Shown: one piece after another, positions 40,769-49,806 of the stretch
Position numbering within the stretch: the first letter of the stretch is position 1
Layout: each line of letters begins with the position of its first letter
DNA from: an uncultured Bacteriovoracaceae bacterium
GTDB taxonomy: Bacteria > Bdellovibrionota > Bacteriovoracia > Bacteriovoracales > Bacteriovoracaceae
Assembly (NCBI GenBank): GCA_964012805.1
Contig: CAXGUD010000011.1
Location: 43,161-107,160 of the forward strand
Direction of reading: 5' to 3'
DNA length: 64,000 nt
Position numbers and translations under genes: made by a program
Notes under the pieces: model-generated
The model's input: the letters and a program-made list of their open reading frames with translations, nothing else
What the model was told of the DNA's origin: nothing
Databases searched by the model: none

Positions 40769-41074
40769 ATGAAATCTGGTAAAAATGTTTTGGAATTTGA
40801 GGTTTTAGGGTTCAAGGTTAAGTTTAAACCTGAGGGAGAAGACCAACCAGTTTCTGCTTCTGAAGTTGTTGAGTGTGTGAACAATGAGGCTAATAACTTA
40901 AGAAATAATTTTCCACAGCTTAGCGAGGGAGAGCTTGGAGCCCTTCTTGCTTTGCATTTTGCGAAAAAAAATATGGCCATTGAAAAAGAATATAAAAATA
41001 ATATCCAACAACTTAACAGAACTGCTAGCGATGCACTGAGTCTGGTTGAGACAATCTCTCCTCCTTCCTCCTAG
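40769..41074 (+). CDS. zapA: Cell division protein ZapA-like
   Basis: Size, EVLG beta motif, LLALHFA and coiled coil; synteny with ygfA-rny. Confidence 0.65.
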   Translation: MKSGKNVLEFEVLGFKVKFKPEGEDQPVSASEVVECVNNEANNLRNNFPQLSEGELGALLALHFAKKNMAIEKEYKNNIQQLNRTASDALSLVETISPPSS

Positions 41075-41095
41075 ACCTCTAAGAGAAGATGTGAA

Positions 41096-41707
41096 ATGTT
41101 TGGGGACCAAAAACGCTCTTCCAAGAAGGAGTTGCGGGTAAGAGTCAGATCGATTCTCTCTCAATTTGAAGAAGGGGAATTGGTTAGAAAGAGTGAGTTG
41201 GTTTCAAATAACCTCCATGAGCTTTTTAGTGGAAACTCAACTCTTGATAAAATTATTCCTCTTGAAGAGGAGGGGGTCTTTTTTGGTGGTTTTGCGCCAT
41301 TGAAGGACGAACCGAATTGGCTCATTTGTTTGGAAGAATTGCTTAAAGGGCGAATTGCCTTTCCAGGCCTTGATAAGTCTGGAAATATGCTCTTTTATAA
41401 GGCGAACACCAGCGATTTAGGTTTGACTAAAGTCTTTGGTGCGCCAGTTCTGACGCCTCCCTCAGGCAATCTAATAGTGTGTCCAAAATTTGTTTTAGTT
41501 CCGGGTTTAGCATTTGGGGAAAATGGGTCCAGGTTGGGTCGTGGTAAAGGCTTTTACGATAAATATTTGGAAGGTTTCTCCGGCTTGAAAATTGGTGTGT
41601 GTTTCTCTGAGCAAATGTTTGAGAAACTACCTATGGAGCCTAACGACGTGTTTGTAGATTATGTTGTTACAGACAAAAGTATTTATGGCCCTAGGGAAAA
41701 AAATTAG
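41096..41707 (+). CDS. ygfA: 5-formyltetrahydrofolate cyclo-ligase
   Basis: KKELR, LVPGLAF, RLGRGKGFYDKYL. Confidence 0.93.
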   Translation: MFGDQKRSSKKELRVRVRSILSQFEEGELVRKSELVSNNLHELFSGNSTLDKIIPLEEEGVFFGGFAPLKDEPNWLICLEELLKGRIAFPGLDKSGNMLFYKANTSDLGLTKVFGAPVLTPPSGNLIVCPKFVLVPGLAFGENGSRLGRGKGFYDKYLEGFSGLKIGVCFSEQMFEKLPMEPNDVFVDYVVTDKSIYGPREKN

Positions 41708-43292
41708 TTTTGTGAATTTGGGAGTTAATATGGAATACATCTTACCTGTCACAGCAGGTGTTCTAGGGATCCTTTTAGGGTCTGGGATTATTTTTTTAAT
41801 CTTTTTGAGAAAAGAAAAAATAGCAAAAGAGGAAAGTCAGCTTAGAGCAGATGACGTTATAGAGAAAGCTAAAAAAAATGCTCAGGAAATTAAGTATAAG
41901 GCCCGGAAAGAGGCAAAAGAAGTCACTAAAGAAGAGATGAGTAAGCTTGAGAGCGAGGTTAATAAAAGGAAGCAAGAAATCCAGTCTCAAGAAAAAATAA
42001 TTGCTAAAAAAGAGATTTCATTAGAGCAAAAAATTGAAAACCACGAAAAAGACCTTAGTGCTTTTAAAGAAAAAGAATTGGAAGTTGGAAACCTTAAGAA
42101 AAGTGTTTTAGAAGAAATTGATAGCTATAAAAAAAATCAGCAAAAGTTAGCAGATAAATTGAGTGAAGTCAGTGGGATGACTAAAGATGAAGCCAAGGTC
42201 CACCTTCTAAACACAATGAGAGATGAGGTTAAAATAGACTTTGCCAAAGAATTGAGAAGGCTAGAAGAAGAGACAAAAGAACAGGCTGAGGAGAAATCAA
42301 AGAGAATCATTGGTATTTCTATTCAAAGGTTTGCTGGAGAACATGTCGCTGAAAGAACTATCAGTTCTGTGGAGCTCCCTTCAGATGATGTAAAGGGGAG
42401 GCTTATTGGGAGAGAGGGAAGAAATATTAGAGCTTTTGAGCAAATTTGTGGTGTTGACCTTATTATAGATGATACTCCAGAAGTTGTAGTCATATCTTCC
42501 TTTAACGTCGTTAGAAGAGAAGTTGCGAGGCAGACTATCCTCAAACTAATCGCAGATGGCAGAATTCATCCTGCTAAAATCGAAGAATTTCATGATAAAT
42601 CAAAACTTGAAATGGAAAAACAATTAAGAGACTTAGGTGAAAAAGCTCAGATGGAAATTGGTGTTCATGGCATCCACCCTGAAATTTTAAAGCTAGTTGG
42701 AGCTTTGAATTGGAGGACCTCCTATACTCAAAACCAATATAAGCATGCTTTAGAGGCTGCATTTATTTGTGGTGCCATGGCTTCTGAAATGGGACTTAAT
42801 GTTAAGCAAGCTCGTAGAGCAGCTCTTCTCCATGATATTGGTAAAGTTCTCGATGCTTCAGCAGAAGGGTCTCACGCGGTTATTGGAGCAGACTTTGCTA
42901 AAAAGTATGGTGAGTCTCCTGATATTGTTCATGCCATAAGGGCACACCATGATGATGAAAAACCTGAATCTCTATTAGCTCATTTGGTTGCAGCCTCAGA
43001 TGCTCTCTCTGGAGCGAGGCCAGGTGCTAGGAAAGCAATGATGGAGTCCTACGTATCCAGATTGTCTGATATTGAGGAAATTGTTAACAGTTTTAAAGGT
43101 GTTTCTAGGAGTTACGCAATTTCTGGTGGAAGAGAAGTAAGGGTATTTGTTGAAAACGATCAAATCTCTGATGAAGAAACTGTTATGCTTTCTAGGGATA
43201 TTGCCAAGAAAATAGAAGAAGAAATGTCTTATCCAGGAACAATTAAAATCACAGTAACCCGGGAAACAAAGTCAGTAGGAATTGCCAAGTAA
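41661..43292 (+). CDS. rny: Ribonuclease Y
   Basis: N-terminal TM, coiled coil, KH KGRLIGREGRNIRA, HD LLHDIGK; likely start ATG 41730. Confidence 0.96.
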   Translation: MLLQTKVFMALGKKISFVNLGVNMEYILPVTAGVLGILLGSGIIFLIFLRKEKIAKEESQLRADDVIEKAKKNAQEIKYKARKEAKEVTKEEMSKLESEVNKRKQEIQSQEKIIAKKEISLEQKIENHEKDLSAFKEKELEVGNLKKSVLEEIDSYKKNQQKLADKLSEVSGMTKDEAKVHLLNTMRDEVKIDFAKELRRLEEETKEQAEEKSKRIIGISIQRFAGEHVAERTISSVELPSDDVKGRLIGREGRNIRAFEQICGVDLIIDDTPEVVVISSFNVVRREVARQTILKLIADGRIHPAKIEEFHDKSKLEMEKQLRDLGEKAQMEIGVHGIHPEILKLVGALNWRTSYTQNQYKHALEAAFICGAMASEMGLNVKQARRAALLHDIGKVLDASAEGSHAVIGADFAKKYGESPDIVHAIRAHHDDEKPESLLAHLVAASDALSGARPGARKAMMESYVSRLSDIEEIVNSFKGVSRSYAISGGREVRVFVENDQISDEETVMLSRDIAKKIEEEMSYPGTIKITVTRETKSVGIAK

Positions 43293-43331
43293 CTCTAAAT
43301 TTGGAACAATTAAAGTAAATAAACCCAATAT

Positions 43332-43358
43332 AAAAAAGCCTCTAGCGAGGCTTTTTTT
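43332..43358 (+). terminator. Intrinsic (bidirectional-type) terminator after rny
   Basis: AAAAAAGCCTC-TAGC-GAGGCTTTTTTT. Confidence 0.85.
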
Positions 43359-43371
43359 GTGAGGCAAAAAG

Positions 43372-43767
43372 TTGAAAAAGATTTTTACCTTTTTTGATTT
43401 ATTAACTTTGATTTTATTTTTTTCGAGCTTCTTTAGTCTTCTTCTTTTTAAAGTTTCAATTTTTGATCAAGCCTTCTACTTTGTAGGTTTTTTCTGGTTT
43501 CTATTACTTAGTGTTAGGTCAACTAAAGTAAAAAGAAGGTTTTCTTTACTGCAAACCCTCTTTTTTATAAATGATTGGTTTATTTCCAAGCTAAGTTTTG
43601 AAGAGGAGGAAAAGCCAAACTTTTTAACTATTTTAGCTTTTCCAGTATCTACGGGTTTTTTAATTCTTTCCTTCTCTGGGAAGAAAGGACTTCTTTATTT
43701 TTTTGGTCTTGCCCTGGGCTCTATTATTAACTTTCTTAGAGAACAGCTACTTGCAAAAAAAGTCTAA
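43372..43767 (+). CDS. Hypothetical membrane protein
   Basis: 131 aa with about four hydrophobic segments; GAGG RBS; fills the intergenic gap. Confidence 0.55.
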   Translation: MKKIFTFFDLLTLILFFSSFFSLLLFKVSIFDQAFYFVGFFWFLLLSVRSTKVKRRFSLLQTLFFINDWFISKLSFEEEEKPNFLTILAFPVSTGFLILSFSGKKGLLYFFGLALGSIINFLREQLLAKKV

Positions 43768-44757
43768 GAGCTCCTCAAACTCTTTGAGGCTTTTACTTCT
43801 CATAAACTTTCTTTTGACGATTTCATTTTGTGGAAAATCATCAAAAATATTTCTTGAAAATGATTTAAATCTTTTAAGGATTAGTGCATCTTGAGAGCAT
43901 CTTTTTGCATACTCTTCCTTCAGAGAAGAAAAATATAAAGGAATTCTTTTCTTTCTAATTTCAAACAATTCTTCCTTATTGTAGCGTTCCTTCATTTTAT
44001 ACAGAGGAGCTAGCCAGGGAGTTTTAAGAGCACCTCTCCCAAGCATTATAGAGTGACAGTTAGTATAATCAAAAATATTTTCAATATCAGTAACACTCCA
44101 TATATCGCCATTTCCTATAATTGGGACAGAAGTCTCTTTTGATGCCATTTTAATATATTCCCAATCTGCGGTGCCTTTATATAGTTGGTCTCTTGTTCTT
44201 CCATGAATAGTTATTGCATCAACACCTTCATTTTCAAAAAGCTTTATACAGTTCAAGAAGTTAGAGTCATCTTTGTATCCGATTCTCATTTTTACGGAAA
44301 AATGGTGAGGAAAATTCTCCCTAATATTTTTAATTATTTTTTGAAGGGCCTTTAAATCGCTTAATAGGTATGCTCCTCCTAAGTGCTGGTTGACCCTTTT
44401 GGAAGGGCAACCGAGGTTTAAGTCGAGATGTTTAAAGCCCAAATTTTCAATTTGTTGGCAGGCCAAGGGTGTGTTTCCCTTTTCATTAGCTAAAATTTGG
44501 AAAGCAGTTTTATTTCTTAGGTCAGGTTTTGCGTAAGCTTCCTTCCCAAAGTGCTCCATTATAAACTTTTTTGAGAAGGAACCCTCCGTAGGGACTCTTA
44601 AAAAGTCAGTTGAAAAGAGGTCCCACTCTGGAAATGTTTTCATCACGGCAAGCCTATAGGCTTCATCCGTAATGCCTTCCATCGGAGCAAAGAGTAGAGA
44701 TTTCTTTTTTATTGGAAATGTATTATTCATTCCCTTCCAATAGACTTTTTGTGTCAA
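43747..44757 (-). CDS. tRNA-dihydrouridine synthase family protein
   Basis: APMEGITD, DLNLGCP, SVKMRIG, IHGRT, GNGDI. Confidence 0.93.
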   Translation of the reverse strand: MTQKVYWKGMNNTFPIKKKSLLFAPMEGITDEAYRLAVMKTFPEWDLFSTDFLRVPTEGSFSKKFIMEHFGKEAYAKPDLRNKTAFQILANEKGNTPLACQQIENLGFKHLDLNLGCPSKRVNQHLGGAYLLSDLKALQKIIKNIRENFPHHFSVKMRIGYKDDSNFLNCIKLFENEGVDAITIHGRTRDQLYKGTADWEYIKMASKETSVPIIGNGDIWSVTDIENIFDYTNCHSIMLGRGALKTPWLAPLYKMKERYNKEELFEIRKKRIPLYFSSLKEEYAKRCSQDALILKRFKSFSRNIFDDFPQNEIVKRKFMRSKSLKEFEELLDFFCK

Positions 44758-44790
44758 TTTGTCGAGATGGTGAAAGAGTGTTAATTTGCT

Positions 44791-45294
44791 TTGCTTGAAA
44801 AAAAAATAGGTAAAAAAAAATTATTTATGGCTAAAAAGTTTATTCCCGTATCTATTGTTCTTGTTTTAACTGCAGTTTCTAAGGAAGGCTTCTCTTTATG
44901 GATGCAGAAAAGAAAAGAGGAAGGCAGCTTAAACGATTTTTGGGAGTTTCCTGGCGGAAAGGTGGAGTCCGATGAGACCCCAATAGAGGCTGCATGTAGA
45001 GAATTTGAAGAAGAGGTCGGGGTAGAATGTCCAAAAATAGAAGAATTTAAAGTTACAACACATTCATATACAGACAGAAATGTTCTCCTTAACGTATTCT
45101 ATTTATATCACCCTGCAGAAAAGTTGCCTAAATCTGAAAGGCAAAAAACTTTTTTTATTAATTTTAAAAAAGGTACTCAACTTTTAGAGGGTAAAATGCT
45201 AGCTGCTAATTATAGTATTGTGGAGAGTTTTTCAAAATACTTACAATCAAACTTTTTGTTGGAAGCGAAGGACACGTTATGCCCTTTATCTTAA
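44791..45294 (+). CDS. NUDIX hydrolase, MutT-like
   Basis: WEFPGGKVESDETPIEAACREFEEEVG Nudix box. Confidence 0.88.
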   Translation: MLEKKIGKKKLFMAKKFIPVSIVLVLTAVSKEGFSLWMQKRKEEGSLNDFWEFPGGKVESDETPIEAACREFEEEVGVECPKIEEFKVTTHSYTDRNVLLNVFYLYHPAEKLPKSERQKTFFINFKKGTQLLEGKMLAANYSIVESFSKYLQSNFLLEAKDTLCPLS

Positions 45295-46067
45295 GTATCG
45301 CAGAGTTTTTCCTTTTATCAATGGCCTTTGGAATTAGCTTGTTTACTCTCATAGCCAAGAGCGAATTGACTGGGGGAGGTTTTTTAAGGTTGGTGCATAA
45401 CGTCTCAGTTTCGTCCCTTCTTTTGGGGTTTGTTTGCCATATATATAGAGTTCCTTTTGGTGACACCGCTTCCTGGATGTACCTTTTGGCATCTCTATGT
45501 CTAGTTTTGTCTTCGATTTTTCATAGGGATAAAAAAACAGCAACTATGTGGGCGCTTTATATTATTCAAAATTTGGCCCTTGCTGCTGCTCTCTATACTT
45601 ATCAATCTCATCAGTTTACTGAAGGTGGTTTTAACTTAATGAATGTGACCTTCTTCTTTTCTTCGGCCCTCTTTCTAGGAGTTATCACTTATTCTATGCT
45701 TTTAGGGCATTGGTATTTAGTCGTGCCAAAGCTTTCTGAAAAGCCTTTGAAGGTGGCATTGTTTGTTACATGGTTTGTAATGTGTCTTAAGCTATTGATG
45801 ACTCTTGGCGCTCTATTTAAGGACGCCGGTTTCTTTTTAGAAGGGAGCCGTTTAGGGGCAGGGTATATGTTTAATTGGATTATTCTCACTATGAGAATGG
45901 TCTGGGGTTATCTTATTATTGGTATTATGAGTTATTTTACATGGCGGCTTGTTAAAATGCGCTCTATTCAAAGTGCAACAGGCGTTCTATATGTAATGAC
46001 ATTTTTTGTTTTTGTAGGTGAGTTGATTTCGACTTACTTATTTCACAAATATGGGATGTATTTATGA
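45279..46067 (+). CDS. Uncharacterised polytopic membrane protein (MLLGHWYL motif)
   Basis: About 8 TM segments; SMLLGHWYLVVP and RSIQSATGVLY. Confidence 0.75.
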   Translation: MPFILSIAEFFLLSMAFGISLFTLIAKSELTGGGFLRLVHNVSVSSLLLGFVCHIYRVPFGDTASWMYLLASLCLVLSSIFHRDKKTATMWALYIIQNLALAAALYTYQSHQFTEGGFNLMNVTFFFSSALFLGVITYSMLLGHWYLVVPKLSEKPLKVALFVTWFVMCLKLLMTLGALFKDAGFFLEGSRLGAGYMFNWIILTMRMVWGYLIIGIMSYFTWRLVKMRSIQSATGVLYVMTFFVFVGELISTYLFHKYGMYL

Positions 46068-46540
46068 AAGGCGTATCCGAAGAAGGCGTAATGACTGTTC
46101 ATTTGACTTGTCCTAACTGCGGGTCTGGCATTCATGTTTATCCATCCCAAAGCTCAAAAAAGGCAACATGTGATATTTGCCAACATGAGGTCAGCCTTTC
46201 TTTTAACTCTGATCACGAAGAGGGTATTTTGCAAGATTGCCCGTGTTGTGGAAGAAAAGATTTCTATGTACAGAAAGACTTTAATAGAAAAATTGGAGTT
46301 GTTTTATTTATTATCGCTTCAATTTTGGCGATTTATACCTATGGAATAAGCCTTATCGTTTTATGGCTTTTTGACCTGTTTCTTTTCAGCAAGATAGGGA
46401 ATATTGCTATATGTTATAACTGTCAGTCGATTTTTAGAAAAGTTAAGAATATAGAGTCTATAGGGCCTTTTAATCATGAAATGAATGATAGAATTGTTTA
46501 TTCAGGTCACGATTTTAAGGGAGAGCAGTTAGACCATTAA
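46064..46540 (+). CDS. Zinc-ribbon membrane protein
   Basis: Four CxxC pairs (CPNC, CDIC, CPCC, CYNC) around two TM segments; ATGA overlap with upstream gene. Confidence 0.75.
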   Translation: MKGVSEEGVMTVHLTCPNCGSGIHVYPSQSSKKATCDICQHEVSLSFNSDHEEGILQDCPCCGRKDFYVQKDFNRKIGVVLFIIASILAIYTYGISLIVLWLFDLFLFSKIGNIAICYNCQSIFRKVKNIESIGPFNHEMNDRIVYSGHDFKGEQLDH

Positions 46541-46607
46541 ACAAAATTTATTATTATCTTTAGGATTTAATTGTTTTTGTCTTTGTGTTATAAATAGAGA
46601 GATGTAG

Positions 46608-46725
46608 GAAGAGCAGAATGTTGCCAACATCTTCTGCTTTTTCGTAATAATAGCATTAACAAAGGATAGTCAGTCACCTTGGAACCCCTGTCGATCACCG
46701 GTCATGAGAATGACCACCCCCTATC
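46608..46725 (+). promoter_or_regulatory. Candidate structured 5' leader of the CNNM/CorB gene
   Basis: Hairpin 46608-46643; GGTCAT-GAGA-ATGACC hairpin 46700-46715 enclosed by GATAG/CTATC; TG-extended -10 at about 46586-46595. Confidence 0.4.
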
Positions 46726-46779
46726 AATTAATTTATCTTTTATATTACCTAAACTAATGAATAAAGAGAGTTTTTAAAC

Positions 46780-48135
46780 ATGGTTGAAACATCTGAGGTT
46801 TTATTCCTTGTTGTATGCTTTTTCTTTTCTGGTTTTTACTCTTCCTCAGAGGCAGTTTTAATGTCTATAGGAATAGACAGGGCCCGTCAGATGATCGAAC
46901 AGGGTGGAAGCCGGGGAAAAGTCATGACTTTCATGGTTGAAAAGTCTAACGAAATATTAAGTACGATACTTGTGGGCAATAATATTGCCAATATTCTTGC
47001 AGCAAGTTTGGTAACCATTATTACTTCAAGAATTTTCAAGTCTGATGTGGTTAGTATCAGTACTGGTATCACTACAATTGTCATTTTAATTTTCGGAGAA
47101 ATCATTCCGAAAACTTTTGCCAGGGCCCATGCAGAAAAATTTGTTGTGCCAGTAATTAGCTTTTTAAAATGGAATTATTTTTTATTTTTTCCAATTGTAA
47201 AGCTTATGACTTGGATCACTAGAAGTGTTTTAGGGGAAAAGGGTGAGCTAACAGGAAGGTTGGTTACAAGAAAAGACATTGAATACCTTATCAATAAAGC
47301 GGATAGAGAAAACACGATAGATGCGAAACAGATAGACCTATTAACCTCAATTTTAGAATTTCCTAAAATTAAGGTTAAGGATATTATGATCCTTAGGTCT
47401 CAGGTAAAGTACGTAAATCATGATTTAAATTTTTCGGAAATTGTTAATTACATTAATAAGGATAGCCATAGTCGTTATCCTGTATGTGAAGGTGACCTTG
47501 ATCACGCATTGGGATTTCTTCACGTCAAAGATTTGGCTTGTGTTGAGGCCGAAAAAAGAGAAGATTTTGAAATTCGAAAGATATTGAAGAAGCCTTTTTA
47601 TGTTTACGAGCATATGAGGATCCATGCAGTCTTCGATTATATGAATAAAAAGAAAGTCCATCTTGCACTTGTTAAAGATGAGAATGGTCTCATCGTTGGA
47701 ATCGTGACCTTGGAAGATATTATTGAAGAAATTGTTGGGGAAATTCAGGATGAACACGATGTGGAGGAAGATAGATTAAAAGCTAGTCAAGAACAAGGAT
47801 CACTGAAAAGTGGAATAGTTCTTGAGGGACACGTGAACTTGAGGGATTTACAAAATGACTATGACGTGAAAATTCCTCTCAATGATAATTACTCTACACT
47901 TGCTGGTTTTATTCTGGATATGCTTGGAAATAACTTTCCAGAACAAGGTCAGATTATAGTTTGGGAAGGCTTTTCTTTTGAAATCTATAAGGTAGATAAT
48001 CTCGAAATTAAAGAAATAAAAATAAGTGATGTGGATGGTGAGAGGCATCTATTTTCTAAGCAAGAGTCAGATTTAGACGGTAAACCTGACTCTAAACCAG
48101 CGAATGTTACTTTTGCAAAAGATAAGTCAGAGTGA
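46780..48135 (+). CDS. CNNM/CorB (hemolysin-family) Mg2+/Co2+ transporter with CBS and CorC domains
   Basis: FYSSSEA, TILVGNN, FGEIIPK, HSRYPV, VTLEDIIEEIVGEIQDEHD, YSTLAGFI. Confidence 0.93.
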   Translation: MVETSEVLFLVVCFFFSGFYSSSEAVLMSIGIDRARQMIEQGGSRGKVMTFMVEKSNEILSTILVGNNIANILAASLVTIITSRIFKSDVVSISTGITTIVILIFGEIIPKTFARAHAEKFVVPVISFLKWNYFLFFPIVKLMTWITRSVLGEKGELTGRLVTRKDIEYLINKADRENTIDAKQIDLLTSILEFPKIKVKDIMILRSQVKYVNHDLNFSEIVNYINKDSHSRYPVCEGDLDHALGFLHVKDLACVEAEKREDFEIRKILKKPFYVYEHMRIHAVFDYMNKKKVHLALVKDENGLIVGIVTLEDIIEEIVGEIQDEHDVEEDRLKASQEQGSLKSGIVLEGHVNLRDLQNDYDVKIPLNDNYSTLAGFILDMLGNNFPEQGQIIVWEGFSFEIYKVDNLEIKEIKISDVDGERHLFSKQESDLDGKPDSKPANVTFAKDKSE

Positions 48136-48146
48136 GTTTGACACTT

Positions 48147-48473
48147 CTACTTTAGCGGCTTAATTGTAATTTCGTTTTTTAGTATTTTTGCCCTGCACGA
48201 TAATCTGACTGTTTTGTTCTTTAAAAACTCTTCACCATGTTTTTCCGTATAAGTTTCTTTTAGATGCCTGACTGTATCAGATTCAATATGGCCGGGATCT
48301 CTTAGGTTATCCTCTCCTTCCAAAACAATCATTCTACATGAACCACAGGACCCTGCTAAACACCCATGGGGGAGCTTTTTGCCCTGCCTTTCTAATGCAT
48401 GGTATATAATTTCGTCTTCTTCAGCTTCATAAGTGAAAATGTTATCATTTTCTTTTAATGACACTTTGGGCAT
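48147..48473 (-). CDS. 2Fe-2S ferredoxin
   Basis: GCLAGSCGSC...RLSC. Confidence 0.9.
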   Translation of the reverse strand: MPKVSLKENDNIFTYEAEEDEIIYHALERQGKKLPHGCLAGSCGSCRMIVLEGEDNLRDPGHIESDTVRHLKETYTEKHGEEFLKNKTVRLSCRAKILKNEITIKPLK

Positions 48474-48613
48474 ATGGTTTTCATCCTCGAGCGTTTAAAA
48501 TTCGGCTGTTTTCTAACGTTACTCTTCGAGTTGCTATACTCTTGAGTGCGACTTCTCGTCTTCTTTGAAATAAAGTTGAGGGGAATCAGCTGAGAAATAA
48601 TTGCCAGGAGCAA

Positions 48614-49726
48614 ATGATGTTAAAATTTGAAACTTTATACAAGGAAGGACACGAAGAAGTAGTTTTCTTTAGTGATCCCTCTTGTAACTTAAAAGTTATT
48701 ATTGCCATTCATAATACTATTCTAGGGCCTGCTTTGGGCGGAACCAGAATGTGGCCTTACAAGAATGAAGAGGAGGCTTTAAGCGATGTTTTAAGGCTTT
48801 CTAAGGGAATGACTTATAAGGCAGCTGTTGCTGGTCTGAATTTAGGTGGAGGAAAAGCTGTCATTATTGGCGATCCAGTCCAAGATAAGTCTGAAGCTCT
48901 TTTTAGATGCTATGGTAGGTTTTTAGAGTCGCTTAATGGAAGATACATTACCGCAGAAGACGTCAATATTACTGTTGAAGATATAGAACATATTTTTACC
49001 GAGACTTCCAATGTTTGTGGTGTTGCAAAGATCCATGGAGGTTCTGGAAATCCAGCTCCTTTTACTGCCCTAGGGACTTTTAGGGGGATAGAGGCTTCTT
49101 GCTTAAAAACTTTTGGAGATAGATCTGTAAAAGGCAAGGTTTTTGCTTTGCAAGGAGCAGGGTCTGTTGGTTGCCATCTAGGAAAATTATTAAGTGATAA
49201 TGGTGCGAAAGTTTTCTTTTGTGACATTAATGAAAAAAATGTTGAAAGGTTTAAAGAGTTTGTACCTAATGCTGAAAGGGTTTCAGTGGATGAGATTTAT
49301 GACATCCCATGTGACGTCTACTCTCCCTGTGCTTTAGGAGCAACCATTAATGATGACACGATTGAACGACTTAAGTGTAGAGTCGTGGCTGGTTGCGCAA
49401 ATAATCAATTAGCTGAAAACAGGCATGGAGATATTCTTAAAGAAAAAGATATTTTGTATGCCCCAGATTATTTGATTAATGCAGGCGGTTTGATGAATGT
49501 TTCTATTGAGTTTGAGGGTTGGTCAGAAGATAAGGCCACGAGAATGGTCGATACAATCTATGACACAACGTTAGAAATTTTTAAAAAATCAGATAAAGAC
49601 GATATCCCAGTTCATCAAGCCACTGATTTGTTAGCTGAGCAGAGAATTCAATCTATTAAGAATATTAAGGGGCGTTACCTAGGTAGATTGGCCCATAGGT
49701 TTCCTGGCAGAAAAAAATTGATTTAA
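48614..49726 (+). CDS. ldh: Leucine dehydrogenase (Glu/Leu/Phe/Val family)
   Basis: LGPALGGTRM, GMTYKAA, LGGGKAVI, YITAEDV, ANNQL, NAGG. Confidence 0.93.
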   Translation: MMLKFETLYKEGHEEVVFFSDPSCNLKVIIAIHNTILGPALGGTRMWPYKNEEEALSDVLRLSKGMTYKAAVAGLNLGGGKAVIIGDPVQDKSEALFRCYGRFLESLNGRYITAEDVNITVEDIEHIFTETSNVCGVAKIHGGSGNPAPFTALGTFRGIEASCLKTFGDRSVKGKVFALQGAGSVGCHLGKLLSDNGAKVFFCDINEKNVERFKEFVPNAERVSVDEIYDIPCDVYSPCALGATINDDTIERLKCRVVAGCANNQLAENRHGDILKEKDILYAPDYLINAGGLMNVSIEFEGWSEDKATRMVDTIYDTTLEIFKKSDKDDIPVHQATDLLAEQRIQSIKNIKGRYLGRLAHRFPGRKKLI

Positions 49727-49739
49727 TTCACAAAGTAAA

Positions 49740-49770
49740 ATGGACGGTTTTAAGGGGAAAAGCCGTCCAT
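49740..49770. terminator. Hairpin after ldh (possible terminator)
   Basis: ATGGACGGTTTT-loop-AAAGCCGTCCAT; weak U-tract on the + strand. Confidence 0.5.
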
Positions 49771-49806
49771 GTTCTTAGCTGTTTCGTGGTGTGTTATCCT
49801 TAGCAT

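Noticed and set aside
46665..46725. Minus-strand GGGGGTG...GATCGACAGG resembling a tmRNA 5' end
   Set aside because: No matching T-arm/CCA 3' end found nearby, and the body would overlap a coding gene.
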